A stretch of DNA of 50,948 nucleotides from a bacterium (GCA_037137535.1 JBAXKC010000020.1:1-50948), one strand, 5' to 3'. Positions 38,721-49,737 are shown, counted from the stretch's first letter. Translations and numbers: made by a program. The notes: generated by a model not told the origin, from the sequence alone.

Positions 38721-39284
38721 ATGAACGATACTATTAAAACTATTTTAAGCAGAAGAAGTGTAAGAAGTTATTTGCCACAGCAATTAAAAGAAAGTGATCT
38801 TGATTTAATTATTAAAGCAGGATTAAATGCACCAAGTGCCCGCAATGAACAGTCATGGCATTTCACGGTAATACAAAGTAGAAAAGTTATAAGCAATCTT
38901 CTTGAAGCATCAAGAGAGGCAATGTTAAATAGTGGAGATGAAAATTTAAAAAAATACGCTGAAGATGAGAATTTTAATATTTTTTATGATGCTCCTACTG
39001 TAATTGTAGTGTCTGGTGATAAATCAGCAATTGCAGCTCCATTAGATTGTGCAGCGGCTACGGAAAACATGCTTATTGCCGCAGAGTCATTAAATATCGG
39101 CACATGCTGGATTGGTCTTGTTTCGCCACTTTTTAAAAGTGAAAGAGCTGAAGAATTTAAACGTTTATTTGAAATTCCTGAAAACAACGAACTTTATTAT
39201 GCTGTTACCATTGGCTATAAAACAAACGAGAACGAACAAGCAGCTCCAAGACGTGAAAATACCGTTAATTTTATAAGAGAATAA
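38721..39284 (+). CDS. Nitroreductase family protein
   Basis: RRSVRSY, APSARNEQSWHF, DCAAATENMLIAAESLNIGTCWIG, IGY; AGGAG RBS. Confidence 0.95.
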   Translation: MNDTIKTILSRRSVRSYLPQQLKESDLDLIIKAGLNAPSARNEQSWHFTVIQSRKVISNLLEASREAMLNSGDENLKKYAEDENFNIFYDAPTVIVVSGDKSAIAAPLDCAAATENMLIAAESLNIGTCWIGLVSPLFKSERAEEFKRLFEIPENNELYYAVTIGYKTNENEQAAPRRENTVNFIRE

Positions 39285-39308
39285 GTTAATTTTATAGTTT
39301 TTAAAATA

Positions 39309-39339
39309 AAAAAAGTTGTCTATTTGGGACAACTTTTTT
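39309..39339 (+). terminator. Intrinsic terminator
   Basis: AAAAAAGTTGTC-tatttgg-GACAACTTTTTT. Confidence 0.85.
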
Positions 39340-39464
39340 GTGTATAACGGTAATAATACTCCTTATATATGAGTAAATTTATTTGAAGAATTTGCTAAAC
39401 ATGTATATAATAATTGTATCTGCATATTAAACATTGGATTATAGTACGTATTATTGGAACAATT

Positions 39465-42400
39465 ATGTCTAAAGATCTTAGTAAAATATTAAATCTGCAA
39501 GCTATTGTTGAGCAAAATCCGAATGACGTTAATTCCTATAATGATTTAGCCATAATTTATTACAAAGAAGGAAATAAAGCGAAAGCTTTAGAACTATATA
39601 AAAAAGCCTTAGAAGCTAATCCCGATTATTTAAAAGCCTATAACAACAGCGGAATCATTTACTGTGAATTACAACAGTATGACAATGCAATTAAAATCTA
39701 TAATAAGGCTTTAGAAATAAATCCGACATTTCTTGATACTTTATATAACCTTGCAAATGCTTATTCCTATAAAAATGAGTTGAAGTTATCAATTGAATAT
39801 TATAAGAAAGCAATAGAATTAAATCCAAGCTATATAGAAGCACACAATAATTTGGGTTTGGCTTATCAGAAATCAGAAGAATATAATCTTGCTATTAATT
39901 GTTATAAAGCTGCAATTAAATTAAAACCAGATTTCTTTGAGGCTTATAATAATTTAGGTTTTTTACTAAATGAAATTAATGACTACGATAGTGCAATAAC
40001 CTATATAAAAAAATCTCTTCAACTTAATCCGAATAATCCGCAAGCTCAAAATAACATAGGTATTTCATATTACGAGAAAAGACAGTTTGAAAAAGCAGAA
40101 AAACATTATAAAAAAGCAATTGAGCTTGACCCTAACGGTGCAGATGCTTATCATAATTTATCAACCTTGTACTTAATTAAGGGTGATTTTAAAAAAGGTC
40201 TAAAGTATTATGAATGGAGACGATTAGGGTTAAATAAAAGCGTTTGCCATACTCCTGTATTCCAAACACCTCAATGGGACGGAAGCTCTTTAAAAGATAA
40301 AACTATTTATGTCCATTATGAGCAAGGCGATGGAGATACATTGATGATTTCAAGGTATTTGCCGAAACTTTCTGAAATGGGCGCTAAAGTCATATTCAAA
40401 CCTCAACTTTCATTGGAAAATTTATTTAGGCAAAATAATTTGAATGCTGAGATAATCAGCCAAAAAGTTCCAGATAATACAATTGAATTTGATGAACATA
40501 TCTCAATTATGAGTCTGCCATTAGTATTAAATACAACACCTGATAATATTCCTGATTCTGAAGGATATTTAAAAGCCGATAAACATAAAGTGTCTGAATA
40601 TAAAGAGGCCTATTTTAACAATGACAATTTTAAAGTCGGCATCTTCTGGCAAGGCAATCCACGAACTATGAAAAAGAGAGCGGCTAAATTATCAAATTTT
40701 ATGGCATTAGCAAATATTCCAAATGTAAAGCTTTATTCTCTCCAAAAAGGCTATGGCCTTGAGCAACTGGAAAATTTGACGAAGAATTTTGATATAGTGA
40801 ACTTAGGGAAGAATTTCAATGATTATTCATACACAGCCGCAGCAATAGAAAATCTTGATCTTGTAATAACTATTGATTCTTCTATCGCTCATCTTGCAGG
40901 AGCGTTAGGAAAACCAACATGGATAATGCTGAATACAAATTATGAATGGCGATGGCTTTTAAATAAAGATGATTCGCCTTGGTATAAGTCTGTAAGACTT
41001 TTTAAACACAGAAAAATGGATGACTGGAACGAATTATTTTTAAGGGTGGCTACGGAATTGTCTAAATTAACTTCAGATAAAAACAAAAAGTTTAACGCAG
41101 AAGATTATAATGTTTTAGGTGTAAATTACTCTCAATCAGGTAATTATGATATGGCAATCGAGAGTTTTAAAAAAGTTGTTGAGTTAAATCCTAAAAGCAT
41201 TGCTGCCTATAATAATCTTGGAATAACCTATTTGAAAAATAATGATATTGACGCTGCAATCAAGTGTTATAAAAAAGTTTTAAACATAGCTCCTAAAAAT
41301 GCTATTGTGCATAATAACTTAGGAAATGCCTATGCACGACTTGAAGAATTAGACCTCGCTATCGAACATTATAATAAAGCCTTAAAAATAGATGAGAATT
41401 ATGTTGATGTGTTTACAAGTTTAGGCTGTGTTTATAATCAATTGGGCGAATATGAGCTTGCAATTAAAAATCTTGAAAAAGCAATTGAATTAAAGCCTGA
41501 TAATATTGAGGCTTATAATAATCTTGGAATCTCTTATTATGAAACAAGGCAATTTGAGCTTGCTATAAAATATTATGAAAAAGCAATAGAACTTAATCCT
41601 GATTTTGCAGAGGCTAATAGTAATTTAAGTCATTTATACTTGCTCAAAGGTGATTATTTAAAAGGTTTTGAGCTTTATGACTGGAGATTTTTAAAGAAAG
41701 ATAATCTCAAAAACCTTAATATCCCTGTCTTAAAAACTCCTATGTGGGACGGAATTTCATCACTGAAAAATAAAACAATATATGTGTATTATGAGCAAGG
41801 TTTTGGCGATACCATAATGTTTGCAAGATGTTTGCCATATTTACATGCAATGGGAGCTAAAGTCTTATTTAAACCACAACCTCAACTTTTTGAATTGTTC
41901 AAAAATTGTGATTTGAGAGCAGAAATTGTTGACCCGTCAATAAGTGATGATGAGCTTATTTATGATGAGCATACTTCACTTCTTAGATTACCTTATCTGT
42001 TTAAAATAACTCTTGATGATATTCCGTTGAGAAGAGGTTATTTGAAAGCCTATGGGGATAAAGTACAAGAATATAAACTAAACTATTTTAATAATAAAAA
42101 CTTTAAAGTCGGTATTTTCTGGCAGGGTAATCCTAAAGGAATAAAAAAAAGAGCTGCAAAGTTATTAGATTTTCTTCCATTAGCCAATAATCCGAATTTA
42201 AAATTATATTCTCTTCAAAAAGGGTTTGGCATTGAGCAGCTCGAAGAAATTCCTGAGGGTATTGAGATAGTAAATCTGGGTGAAACCTTTCAAAGTTATT
42301 CATACACAGCCGCAGCAATAGAAAACCTTGATCTTGTAATAACAATTGATACATCAGTTGCTCATTTAGCAGCTGCACTTGGAAAACCTACATGGGTAAT

Positions 42401-45400
42401 TTTACATACAAACCATGAGTGGAGATGGCTATTAGATAGAAATGACACCCCTTGGTATAAAACAGTAAGGTTATTTAAACAAAAAAATAAAGATAATTGG
42501 AGCGAATTATTTAGTGAGGTTAGCGAGGAACTAAATAATATAGTTGCGAATAACAGTTTAATAACCAATCAGATAGAAGAATATAAAAATATTGCATTAA
42601 ATAGTTTAAATAACTCTGATTTTAATAATGCGATAGATTATTTCAGAAAAATGATTGAGCTTGATTCTGATAATTTTATGCCCTATTTTTATTTAGGAAA
42701 TACATATAATCAGTTAAATAAAAATAATGAAGCAATCGAATTTTATCTGAAAGCCATTGAGCTAAACCCTACTCTTGGCTCAATTCATACAAATATTGCA
42801 ATTACCTACGTTAAAGAAAATAAATTCAAACAGGCTATTGAGCATTATAAGAAATCAATAGAGTTCAATCCGTATAATGCTGACACTTTCATGTATTTAG
42901 GAGTTGCTCAACAATCTACTGAAGAGTTTGATGAGTCTATTGAAAGTATTAAAAAAGCATTAGAATTAGACCCGAATCATTATGAATCATATATTCAGAT
43001 CGCTAATACCTACGAATTAAAAGAAGATTATGAAACTGCTATTGTCTATTATGAAAAAGCAATAAATCTTAATCCTGATAACATAGCTGCATATAATAAT
43101 CTGGGAGTTGTTTATTTTAAACTTGAAGAATATGATCTTGCAATTCTTAATTATAAAAAATCTTTAGAAATTAACCCTGATTATGTAGAAACTTATATAA
43201 ATCTTGGTGTAGTTCACTTTCTTAGGAGAGATTTGATAAAAGCAAGAGAATGTTATAATAAAGCGATTGAACTAAATCCGGACATGCCTGAAGCCTATAT
43301 CAATACAGCTGCAACCTACTTAATAGAAAAAAACTTTGAAGAAGGCTGGAAGTATTACGAATGGCGCTTTAAGAAAAAAAATGCAAGAAATTTATATTTG
43401 CCAAAAACTAATAAACCCTTATGGGATGGAAAAAATCCTGAAAATAAAACTATTTATGTTTATTATGAACAAGGCTTTGGCGATACGCTTATGTTTGCAA
43501 GATATTTGCCTTATTTGAATTCATTGGGTGCAAAAGTTATTTTTAAACCACAAGCTCCTCTTGTAAGTTTGTTAAGGCAAAGTGACTTGAATTCTGAAAT
43601 AATTGGAACTTTTGTTGAAGATGATTCCTTTGAGTATGATGCGCATATTCCTCTTATGAGTTTGCCAAACGTACTGAAAACAAATATTGATACTATTCCT
43701 TATCCTGAAGGCTATTTGAAATCCGAGCCAGAAAAAGTTCAAGAATATAAAGAAAAATATTTTAATAATGACAAATTTAAGGTTGGTATTTTTTGGCAGG
43801 GTAATCCTAAGGGAATGAAGAAAAGAGCTTCAAAGTTAGAGCATTTCCTTCCTTTGGCAGATATTCCAAATGTTAAATTATATTCTCTTCAAAAAGGCTT
43901 TGGAATAGAACAACTGGAAGAATTACCTAAAAATGTTGATATAGTAAATATGGGAGCAGTATTTAAAAGCTATTCCGATACTGCTGCTGCAATAGAAAAT
44001 CTTGATCTTGTGATTACTATTGATACTTCTGTGGCACACTTGTCAGCTTCACTTCAAAAGCCTACATGGATTGCTCTTCACTCGGATCATGAGTGGAGAT
44101 GGTTTCTTGATGAGGATACCACCCCATGGTATAAATCAGCGAGATTATTCAAACAAAAAAATAAGGATAATTGGAATGAGTTATTCCAAAGAATTTCGCT
44201 GGAATTGTCAAATCTTGCATTAAAAGATAAAAAGCAATTAGGTATTGAAGATTATAATAATTTAGGAATAAATTACTCAAAAACAGGTGATTTTGAGAAA
44301 GCCGTAGAGTGCTTTAAAAAAGTAGTTGAGCTGAACCCTAAAAGTATTGCTGCAATTAACAATCTAGGCATAACTTATTTGAAAAACAATGATATTGATG
44401 AGGCAATTAAATGTTATAAGCAAGTATTAACAATTAGCCCAAACAATGCCATAGTTCATACTAATTTAGGAAATGCTTATTCGGGCAAAAAAGAAACCGA
44501 ACTTGCAATTAAACATTATAAAAAATCAATAAAATATGATCCTAATCATGCTGATGCATATAACAGCTTAGGTTATATCTATAATCAAAAAGGTGAATTT
44601 GAAACAGCAATTCAATATCTTAAAAAAGTTATAAAATTAAAACCTAATTATGACGAAGGTTATAATAATCTTGGTATTTCTTATAAAGAGATGAAAAAAT
44701 ATGATTTAGCTATTGAAAATTACAGAAAGGCTATTTCTCTAAATCCTGCATCAGTAAAGGCTTATAATAACCTAGGAGCCGTTTATAATGCTCTTGAAGA
44801 AACTGATTTAGCTCTTAGACATTATAACAAAGCAATTGAGCTTGATCCTAATTTTGCCGATGCTTATTGTAATTTAGGCGTTATTTATACTAAGCTCAAT
44901 GAATTTGAGAAAGCTCTTAAAAATTATGCAAAAACATTAGAACTTAAACCCGAGAATCCAGAGGTTTATTACAATCTTGGTGATACTTACATTAAGCAGA
45001 ATATGGTAAAAGAATCTATTGAAGCCTGTGAAAAAGCAGTTTCGCTTTGTGCTGATGATAAAAAAATCTTTAATTTAAGTCTAAGTTATTTGATAAATAA
45101 GGATTTTGAACGTGGCTTTAAATGTTACGAAGCAAGAATGGGGCTTGATCAATATAAATTGTTAAAAGTTCCAAAATTCAGCAAACCGAGATGGCAAGGT
45201 GAATCAATTAAGGATAAAGTTATTTATGTTCATTCAGAACAAGGAATAGGCGATACTATTCAGTTTTCAAGATATATTCATCAATTGAACAGTCTTGCAA
45301 GAAAGGTTATATTCAATCCTCAAGGCTCTTTAACAAGATTATTTGAGGAAAATAATCTGCCTTATGAGATAGTTAAAGCTGATGCAAAAGAAAAAAGCAT

Positions 45401-46016
45401 AAAATATGATCTTTATACTTCAATAATGAGCTTGCCTCACTATCTTGGAGCTAAAATTGATAATATTCCATTCTCTGATAAATATTTTTCGGCAAATCCT
45501 CAGCTTGTTCAGTCTTATAAAGAAAAATACTTTGATAATGATTGCTTAAAAATAGGAATAAAATGGCAGGGTAATCCAAACGGAAATAAAAATAGAGAAG
45601 CTGCACTCAATGACTTTTTAAAACTTGCGGAAATTCCTAACGTTAAACTTTATTCATTGCAGAAAGATCATGGAATAGAGCAACTTCTTGATAAACCAAA
45701 TAATATTGAAATAGTTAATCTTGGAGATACTTTTACTGATTTTGCAGATACTGCGGCAGCAATTGAAAATCTTGATATTATTGTATCAATAGATACTTCC
45801 GTTGCTCATTTATCTGCGGCAATGGGTAAGAAAACTTTTATCTTAATACCTTTTGTTCCAGAGTGGAGATGGTGCTTAGATACGCAGGAAACGTCATGGT
45901 ACAGTAATGCAAAACTATTTAGACAAAATAAAAGAGATGACTGGAAACATGTAATAGAGAATGTCTATACGGAAATAAATTGCGGTATTACAACTAATTC
46001 GGGAGTGATGAGTTGA
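39465..46016 (+). CDS. Giant TPR-repeat glycosyltransferase with four TPR + GT-B (GT9-like) modules
   Basis: Four copies of EQGxGDT...WQGNP...LYSLQK...TAAAIENLD[LI][VI]xxIDxSxAHL...EWRW...WY, each preceded by a TPR array; ATG 39465 preferred to TTG 39414. Confidence 0.9.
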   Translation: MSKDLSKILNLQAIVEQNPNDVNSYNDLAIIYYKEGNKAKALELYKKALEANPDYLKAYNNSGIIYCELQQYDNAIKIYNKALEINPTFLDTLYNLANAYSYKNELKLSIEYYKKAIELNPSYIEAHNNLGLAYQKSEEYNLAINCYKAAIKLKPDFFEAYNNLGFLLNEINDYDSAITYIKKSLQLNPNNPQAQNNIGISYYEKRQFEKAEKHYKKAIELDPNGADAYHNLSTLYLIKGDFKKGLKYYEWRRLGLNKSVCHTPVFQTPQWDGSSLKDKTIYVHYEQGDGDTLMISRYLPKLSEMGAKVIFKPQLSLENLFRQNNLNAEIISQKVPDNTIEFDEHISIMSLPLVLNTTPDNIPDSEGYLKADKHKVSEYKEAYFNNDNFKVGIFWQGNPRTMKKRAAKLSNFMALANIPNVKLYSLQKGYGLEQLENLTKNFDIVNLGKNFNDYSYTAAAIENLDLVITIDSSIAHLAGALGKPTWIMLNTNYEWRWLLNKDDSPWYKSVRLFKHRKMDDWNELFLRVATELSKLTSDKNKKFNAEDYNVLGVNYSQSGNYDMAIESFKKVVELNPKSIAAYNNLGITYLKNNDIDAAIKCYKKVLNIAPKNAIVHNNLGNAYARLEELDLAIEHYNKALKIDENYVDVFTSLGCVYNQLGEYELAIKNLEKAIELKPDNIEAYNNLGISYYETRQFELAIKYYEKAIELNPDFAEANSNLSHLYLLKGDYLKGFELYDWRFLKKDNLKNLNIPVLKTPMWDGISSLKNKTIYVYYEQGFGDTIMFARCLPYLHAMGAKVLFKPQPQLFELFKNCDLRAEIVDPSISDDELIYDEHTSLLRLPYLFKITLDDIPLRRGYLKAYGDKVQEYKLNYFNNKNFKVGIFWQGNPKGIKKRAAKLLDFLPLANNPNLKLYSLQKGFGIEQLEEIPEGIEIVNLGETFQSYSYTAAAIENLDLVITIDTSVAHLAAALGKPTWVILHTNHEWRWLLDRNDTPWYKTVRLFKQKNKDNWSELFSEVSEELNNIVANNSLITNQIEEYKNIALNSLNNSDFNNAIDYFRKMIELDSDNFMPYFYLGNTYNQLNKNNEAIEFYLKAIELNPTLGSIHTNIAITYVKENKFKQAIEHYKKSIEFNPYNADTFMYLGVAQQSTEEFDESIESIKKALELDPNHYESYIQIANTYELKEDYETAIVYYEKAINLNPDNIAAYNNLGVVYFKLEEYDLAILNYKKSLEINPDYVETYINLGVVHFLRRDLIKARECYNKAIELNPDMPEAYINTAATYLIEKNFEEGWKYYEWRFKKKNARNLYLPKTNKPLWDGKNPENKTIYVYYEQGFGDTLMFARYLPYLNSLGAKVIFKPQAPLVSLLRQSDLNSEIIGTFVEDDSFEYDAHIPLMSLPNVLKTNIDTIPYPEGYLKSEPEKVQEYKEKYFNNDKFKVGIFWQGNPKGMKKRASKLEHFLPLADIPNVKLYSLQKGFGIEQLEELPKNVDIVNMGAVFKSYSDTAAAIENLDLVITIDTSVAHLSASLQKPTWIALHSDHEWRWFLDEDTTPWYKSARLFKQKNKDNWNELFQRISLELSNLALKDKKQLGIEDYNNLGINYSKTGDFEKAVECFKKVVELNPKSIAAINNLGITYLKNNDIDEAIKCYKQVLTISPNNAIVHTNLGNAYSGKKETELAIKHYKKSIKYDPNHADAYNSLGYIYNQKGEFETAIQYLKKVIKLKPNYDEGYNNLGISYKEMKKYDLAIENYRKAISLNPASVKAYNNLGAVYNALEETDLALRHYNKAIELDPNFADAYCNLGVIYTKLNEFEKALKNYAKTLELKPENPEVYYNLGDTYIKQNMVKESIEACEKAVSLCADDKKIFNLSLSYLINKDFERGFKCYEARMGLDQYKLLKVPKFSKPRWQGESIKDKVIYVHSEQGIGDTIQFSRYIHQLNSLARKVIFNPQGSLTRLFEENNLPYEIVKADAKEKSIKYDLYTSIMSLPHYLGAKIDNIPFSDKYFSANPQLVQSYKEKYFDNDCLKIGIKWQGNPNGNKNREAALNDFLKLAEIPNVKLYSLQKDHGIEQLLDKPNNIEIVNLGDTFTDFADTAAAIENLDIIVSIDTSVAHLSAAMGKKTFILIPFVPEWRWCLDTQETSWYSNAKLFRQNKRDDWKHVIENVYTEINCGITTNSGVMS

Positions 46017-48010
46017 ATAATCAAGAGCTTGAACAATTAAAAATATTAATTTCTGAAGTTGCTAATGATAAAGCAGCAGGTAATTTTGACGGAGCAATTG
46101 AAAAATATAAAACAGCTATTCAGCTTAATCCAAATAATCCGGGGTTTTATCATGAATTGGGTATTTTATATGCTAATAAAAGAGAATTTTCATTAGCCGT
46201 TCAAGCCTATTCAAACTCTTTAAAAATAAACCCTAAGAGCTTTACAACCTTGAATAATTTAGGAAATGTTTATGATGCCATAAATGAAAATAAACTTGCA
46301 GGCGAATGTTTTAAAAAAGCATTAGAGCTTAACCCTTCTTATACTTCAGCTATTGCTAATTTAATAAATAATTACAGCAAGACAAAAAATTATGAAGAAG
46401 CGAAAGAGTTATGTAATTCTATTTATGGCAGACTTTCAAGTTATATTGAGTTGATAAAAATAGATCAACACATTAACGATACTGATTTTAGATACAAGAT
46501 CAGTACGCATAACAAAAAAGTTCATAATTACGATTCAATTATGAATATAGATACTAAAATAGCTGTAGTTTATTTTTATGAAAACGACTTTAATGAAGAT
46601 GACTATAATTTATTCCTTAAATATCTCGATAGTCAGACCTATAAAAATTATAGCTGTTTTATTGCAAATAAAGATTTATCAGCGCTTTTAGCTGAAATAA
46701 TTGAAAACAAATGTTCTTATGTGTGTTTTGTTGAGCAAAAAGATATTTTGGTAGATAGAGCTTTAGCTGAAATTGTTAAAGAAGTAAGTTTGAATAATAA
46801 TCTTGAATTTATTTATACTGATGAAGATATACTTACGCAGACAGGAAACTATATAGAGCCTTATTTCAAAACAGCTTATGCTGAATTTATATTGCATAGT
46901 CATAATTATATGAATGCTCTTTTGTGCTTGAAATTAAACGAAAAAATCTTGCCTTATTTCAATCAGATAACTAAATTAAATCAAAATTCTTTATATGAAC
47001 TCGTTTTTAATCTATGCGGCAATGATATTTTGCCAACAAGAATTTCAGAGGTTTTATATCATAGGCATTATGAGAATGCTCAAAAGCTAAAACATAATAA
47101 TACAAGTAAAATCGTTGAGAAAGAGTTTAAAAGAAGAAGCTATGATGCAACTGTTATAGGTTCAACTAATGGCTCAAATATAGCTAAATTCAATAATAAC
47201 GGCATACCGAAAGTATCGATTATAATACCTTTTAAAGATAAAATTTATCTGTTAAAAGACTGTATAAACAGTATTGAAAAAAAATCCACTTATGCAAATT
47301 ATGAAATAATTCTTGTTGATAATAGAAGCTCTGAGCAGGAAACTTTTGATTATCTGGATACTTTAAATTATACAAAAATAAAAGCAGATTTTGAATTTAA
47401 TTATTCGAAAATCAATAATATAGCTACTGAAATTGCAACAGGTGATTATTATATCTTTTTGAATAATGATATAGAAGTTATCGAACCAAATTGGATCGAA
47501 CATCTTCTTTCCTTGGCTCAATTGGATAAAGTCGGAATAGTCGGAGCAAAACTGTTATATACAAACGGTCAAGTTCAACATTCAGGCATGATAAAGTATG
47601 GTAACAGACGAATAAGCCATTGTAATCGATTTATAAGTGCTAACGCAGGCGGTTATCACAACTATAATAACATTATAAGAGAATATTTATGTGTAACAGG
47701 CGCATGCGTAATGATTGCCAAGAAAAAGTTTGAAGAAATAGGCGGATTTGATGAAAACCTACAAGTTGAACTTAACGATGTAGATTTATGCTATAAACTT
47801 GCAGATGTCGGATATATAAACCTATATAACCCGCATTGTCTTTTATATCATCATGAATCAATATCAAGAGCAGGGCTTTTCAAAGATCAGGTAAAAGGCG
47901 AATTCGTTTATTTTCACCAGAAATGGGAAAAAATTGTTTCAAAAGAAGATCCTTATTATAATGAAAACCTTTCAGATTTTAGAGTTGATTTTGCAGTAAA
48001 GATCTTTTAG
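46013..48010 (+). CDS. TPR + glycosyltransferase family 2 protein
   Basis: N-terminal TPRs, degenerate first GT2 domain, intact second (VSIIIPFKD, ILVDNRS, FLNNDIE, VTGAC, GGFDE, NDVDLC, HHESISR); TTG start overlaps the upstream TGA. Confidence 0.9.
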   Translation: MNNQELEQLKILISEVANDKAAGNFDGAIEKYKTAIQLNPNNPGFYHELGILYANKREFSLAVQAYSNSLKINPKSFTTLNNLGNVYDAINENKLAGECFKKALELNPSYTSAIANLINNYSKTKNYEEAKELCNSIYGRLSSYIELIKIDQHINDTDFRYKISTHNKKVHNYDSIMNIDTKIAVVYFYENDFNEDDYNLFLKYLDSQTYKNYSCFIANKDLSALLAEIIENKCSYVCFVEQKDILVDRALAEIVKEVSLNNNLEFIYTDEDILTQTGNYIEPYFKTAYAEFILHSHNYMNALLCLKLNEKILPYFNQITKLNQNSLYELVFNLCGNDILPTRISEVLYHRHYENAQKLKHNNTSKIVEKEFKRRSYDATVIGSTNGSNIAKFNNNGIPKVSIIIPFKDKIYLLKDCINSIEKKSTYANYEIILVDNRSSEQETFDYLDTLNYTKIKADFEFNYSKINNIATEIATGDYYIFLNNDIEVIEPNWIEHLLSLAQLDKVGIVGAKLLYTNGQVQHSGMIKYGNRRISHCNRFISANAGGYHNYNNIIREYLCVTGACVMIAKKKFEEIGGFDENLQVELNDVDLCYKLADVGYINLYNPHCLLYHHESISRAGLFKDQVKGEFVYFHQKWEKIVSKEDPYYNENLSDFRVDFAVKIF

Positions 48011-48032
48011 AGATAATTGAAGTATATGACAA

Positions 48033-48064
48033 AAAAATGGCTACCTTTCTCGGTAGCCATTTTT
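48033..48064. terminator. Bidirectional terminator
   Basis: AAAAATGGCTACC-tttctc-GGTAGCCATTTTT between convergent genes. Confidence 0.88.
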
Positions 48065-48066
48065 AG

Positions 48067-49077
48067 TTATTTTACAACTGGTTGTTTTCCCTTTTGAAGA
48101 ATTTCTTTAAGTTCGGTTTTTAGTGGTACAAATTCTTCGTCCCCTGCGAATGATTCTAAAAATTTTCCTAAATTTGGGAAATGAGCTGGATTGTGTCCAT
48201 AACTTTCCATATTTTCTTTCAGTTTTGCAAATTCTGGTGTTTTAGGTTTTATATCATCAACTACAATGTCATAGATAGCGGACATTACGCCTGTTCTGTC
48301 TTTACCGTCTAAGCAATGGCAATAGGTTTTTCCTTCTGCTATTGTGCTGAAAAATTTCTTGATTTCTTCAGGTTTTGGATTAACTAGAGCAGCAAGCGGA
48401 ATATTTACATATTTTATTCCCAGGCTTTCTGCCATAGCTGCTTCCCTGTCAGCGACTGTTTTATTTGCATGTGTAAAATCTACAATGGTTTTGACTCCAC
48501 TCTCTTTTAACTTTGCCATAACGGTTTCATTATGAACACCGTTTTTTGCATTTGTATTTTTAAATAAAATTAATGGGTCTTTTATGATTGTAGTTACTAA
48601 ATTTTTAACATTAGTAAAAACAGTCTCTTCTTTAGAAAATTTAAGTAAATCTCTGTTAAAATAGAGCCATTTTGTACTTACAGGTCTTACGCCTCTATAT
48701 AAACTATCACTATTCTTATTAGCCTGACTAAAAATATTACGGCTGTTAGTTTCAGTTAAAACCCAGTTTTTAGTTTTACCTAAATGGTTATCAATTAAAC
48801 CTGCTACAAAACTCGTAACTGGTTTTGCCCATGGTTCGGCTGCTAATCCTTTCAATCCCGTTGTAATCGGTTTTTTGAAAATAATTAAAGAAGCTAGTCC
48901 TGCTCCTGCTAAACCTGTTGTGATTAGAGCGTTTTTCAGTTGATTAGGTTTTGCGGTTTTAGGCTTTGGAATTGCTGTAAATGCTACTTTTTCGTTAATA
49001 TCATTTTGTGCTGTGGGTGTAGTCTTATTTTTTAGACCAGTAAAATTAATATTATTTGAAAAATTATTTATCTGCAC
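48067..49077 (-). CDS. Protein-tyrosine/dual-specificity phosphatase family protein with N-terminal leader and hydrophobic segment
   Basis: LYRG, GVKTIVDF, GIKYVNIPL, HCLDGKDRTG (CX5R); GTG start with AGGAG RBS. Confidence 0.85.
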   Translation of the reverse strand: MQINNFSNNINFTGLKNKTTPTAQNDINEKVAFTAIPKPKTAKPNQLKNALITTGLAGAGLASLIIFKKPITTGLKGLAAEPWAKPVTSFVAGLIDNHLGKTKNWVLTETNSRNIFSQANKNSDSLYRGVRPVSTKWLYFNRDLLKFSKEETVFTNVKNLVTTIIKDPLILFKNTNAKNGVHNETVMAKLKESGVKTIVDFTHANKTVADREAAMAESLGIKYVNIPLAALVNPKPEEIKKFFSTIAEGKTYCHCLDGKDRTGVMSAIYDIVVDDIKPKTPEFAKLKENMESYGHNPAHFPNLGKFLESFAGDEEFVPLKTELKEILQKGKQPVVK

Positions 49078-49209
49078 TTATGCATCTCCTAAAATGTATT
49101 TTTTCCTTTTATATTAAAACAGAATATACATATAAGTTGATAGCTTTTTGAATTTAGAACTCAAAATCTTTACATTATTTCAGTGTATAAAATATTGATT
49201 AAATACTAG

Positions 49210-49242
49210 AAAGCCGATTAATCATTATAATTAATCGGCTTT
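49210..49242 (-). terminator. Hairpin / terminator after the Gln-rich gene
   Basis: AAAGCCGATTAAT-cattata-ATTAATCGGCTTT. Confidence 0.75.
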
Positions 49243-49260
49243 AAACTTTACTGATAAAAC

Positions 49261-49737
49261 TTATTTTAACTTAAAGAACATTTTATTTTGCATCGCCATT
49301 TGATCCATAGCTCCCAATCTTTGTTGCCCTGTCGAACTTTGTTGGAAACTATGACCACCCGATGCGGCACTTGCTTGCATATCAGCCCAAACAGAACGCA
49401 AACTTTTTACTTCATTCAACTGACTAGTATTAGTAGCCTGTGCTTCAAGAACATTAAGCCTTGCATCAATAGCAGCTTTATCTCCTTCTTTTGAGTTTGT
49501 CGGAGAAACACCAATACTTTGCATAAATTGAGCAACTTCAGGAGGCGTTTTAGGCTCTACCTTTTGAGGTGGTTGAGTATTATTTACCGCATTAGTATCT
49601 TGAACATCCTGTTGCTGTTGAGTCTCTTGATTAGCTTGAACTTCTTGAGATTCATTAGGTTTATTACTCTGGTCCGTTTTCTGAGTTTGTTGAAGATACG
49701 GATTATTATATATATGTGGCTTTCTTCCAATAATCAT
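49261..49737 (-). CDS. Gln-rich hypothetical protein
   Basis: Disordered Q/N-rich N-terminal half, helical C-terminal half; ATG 49737 follows AAGGTG RBS; upstream sigma-28 promoter. Confidence 0.75.
   Translation of the reverse strand: MIIGRKPHIYNNPYLQQTQKTDQSNKPNESQEVQANQETQQQQDVQDTNAVNNTQPPQKVEPKTPPEVAQFMQSIGVSPTNSKEGDKAAIDARLNVLEAQATNTSQLNEVKSLRSVWADMQASAASGGHSFQQSSTGQQRLGAMDQMAMQNKMFFKLK

Noticed and set aside
49232-49258. GCCGATTA as a sigma-28 -10 for the phosphatase gene
   Set aside because: It is an arm of a terminator hairpin and has no TAAA at the right spacing.
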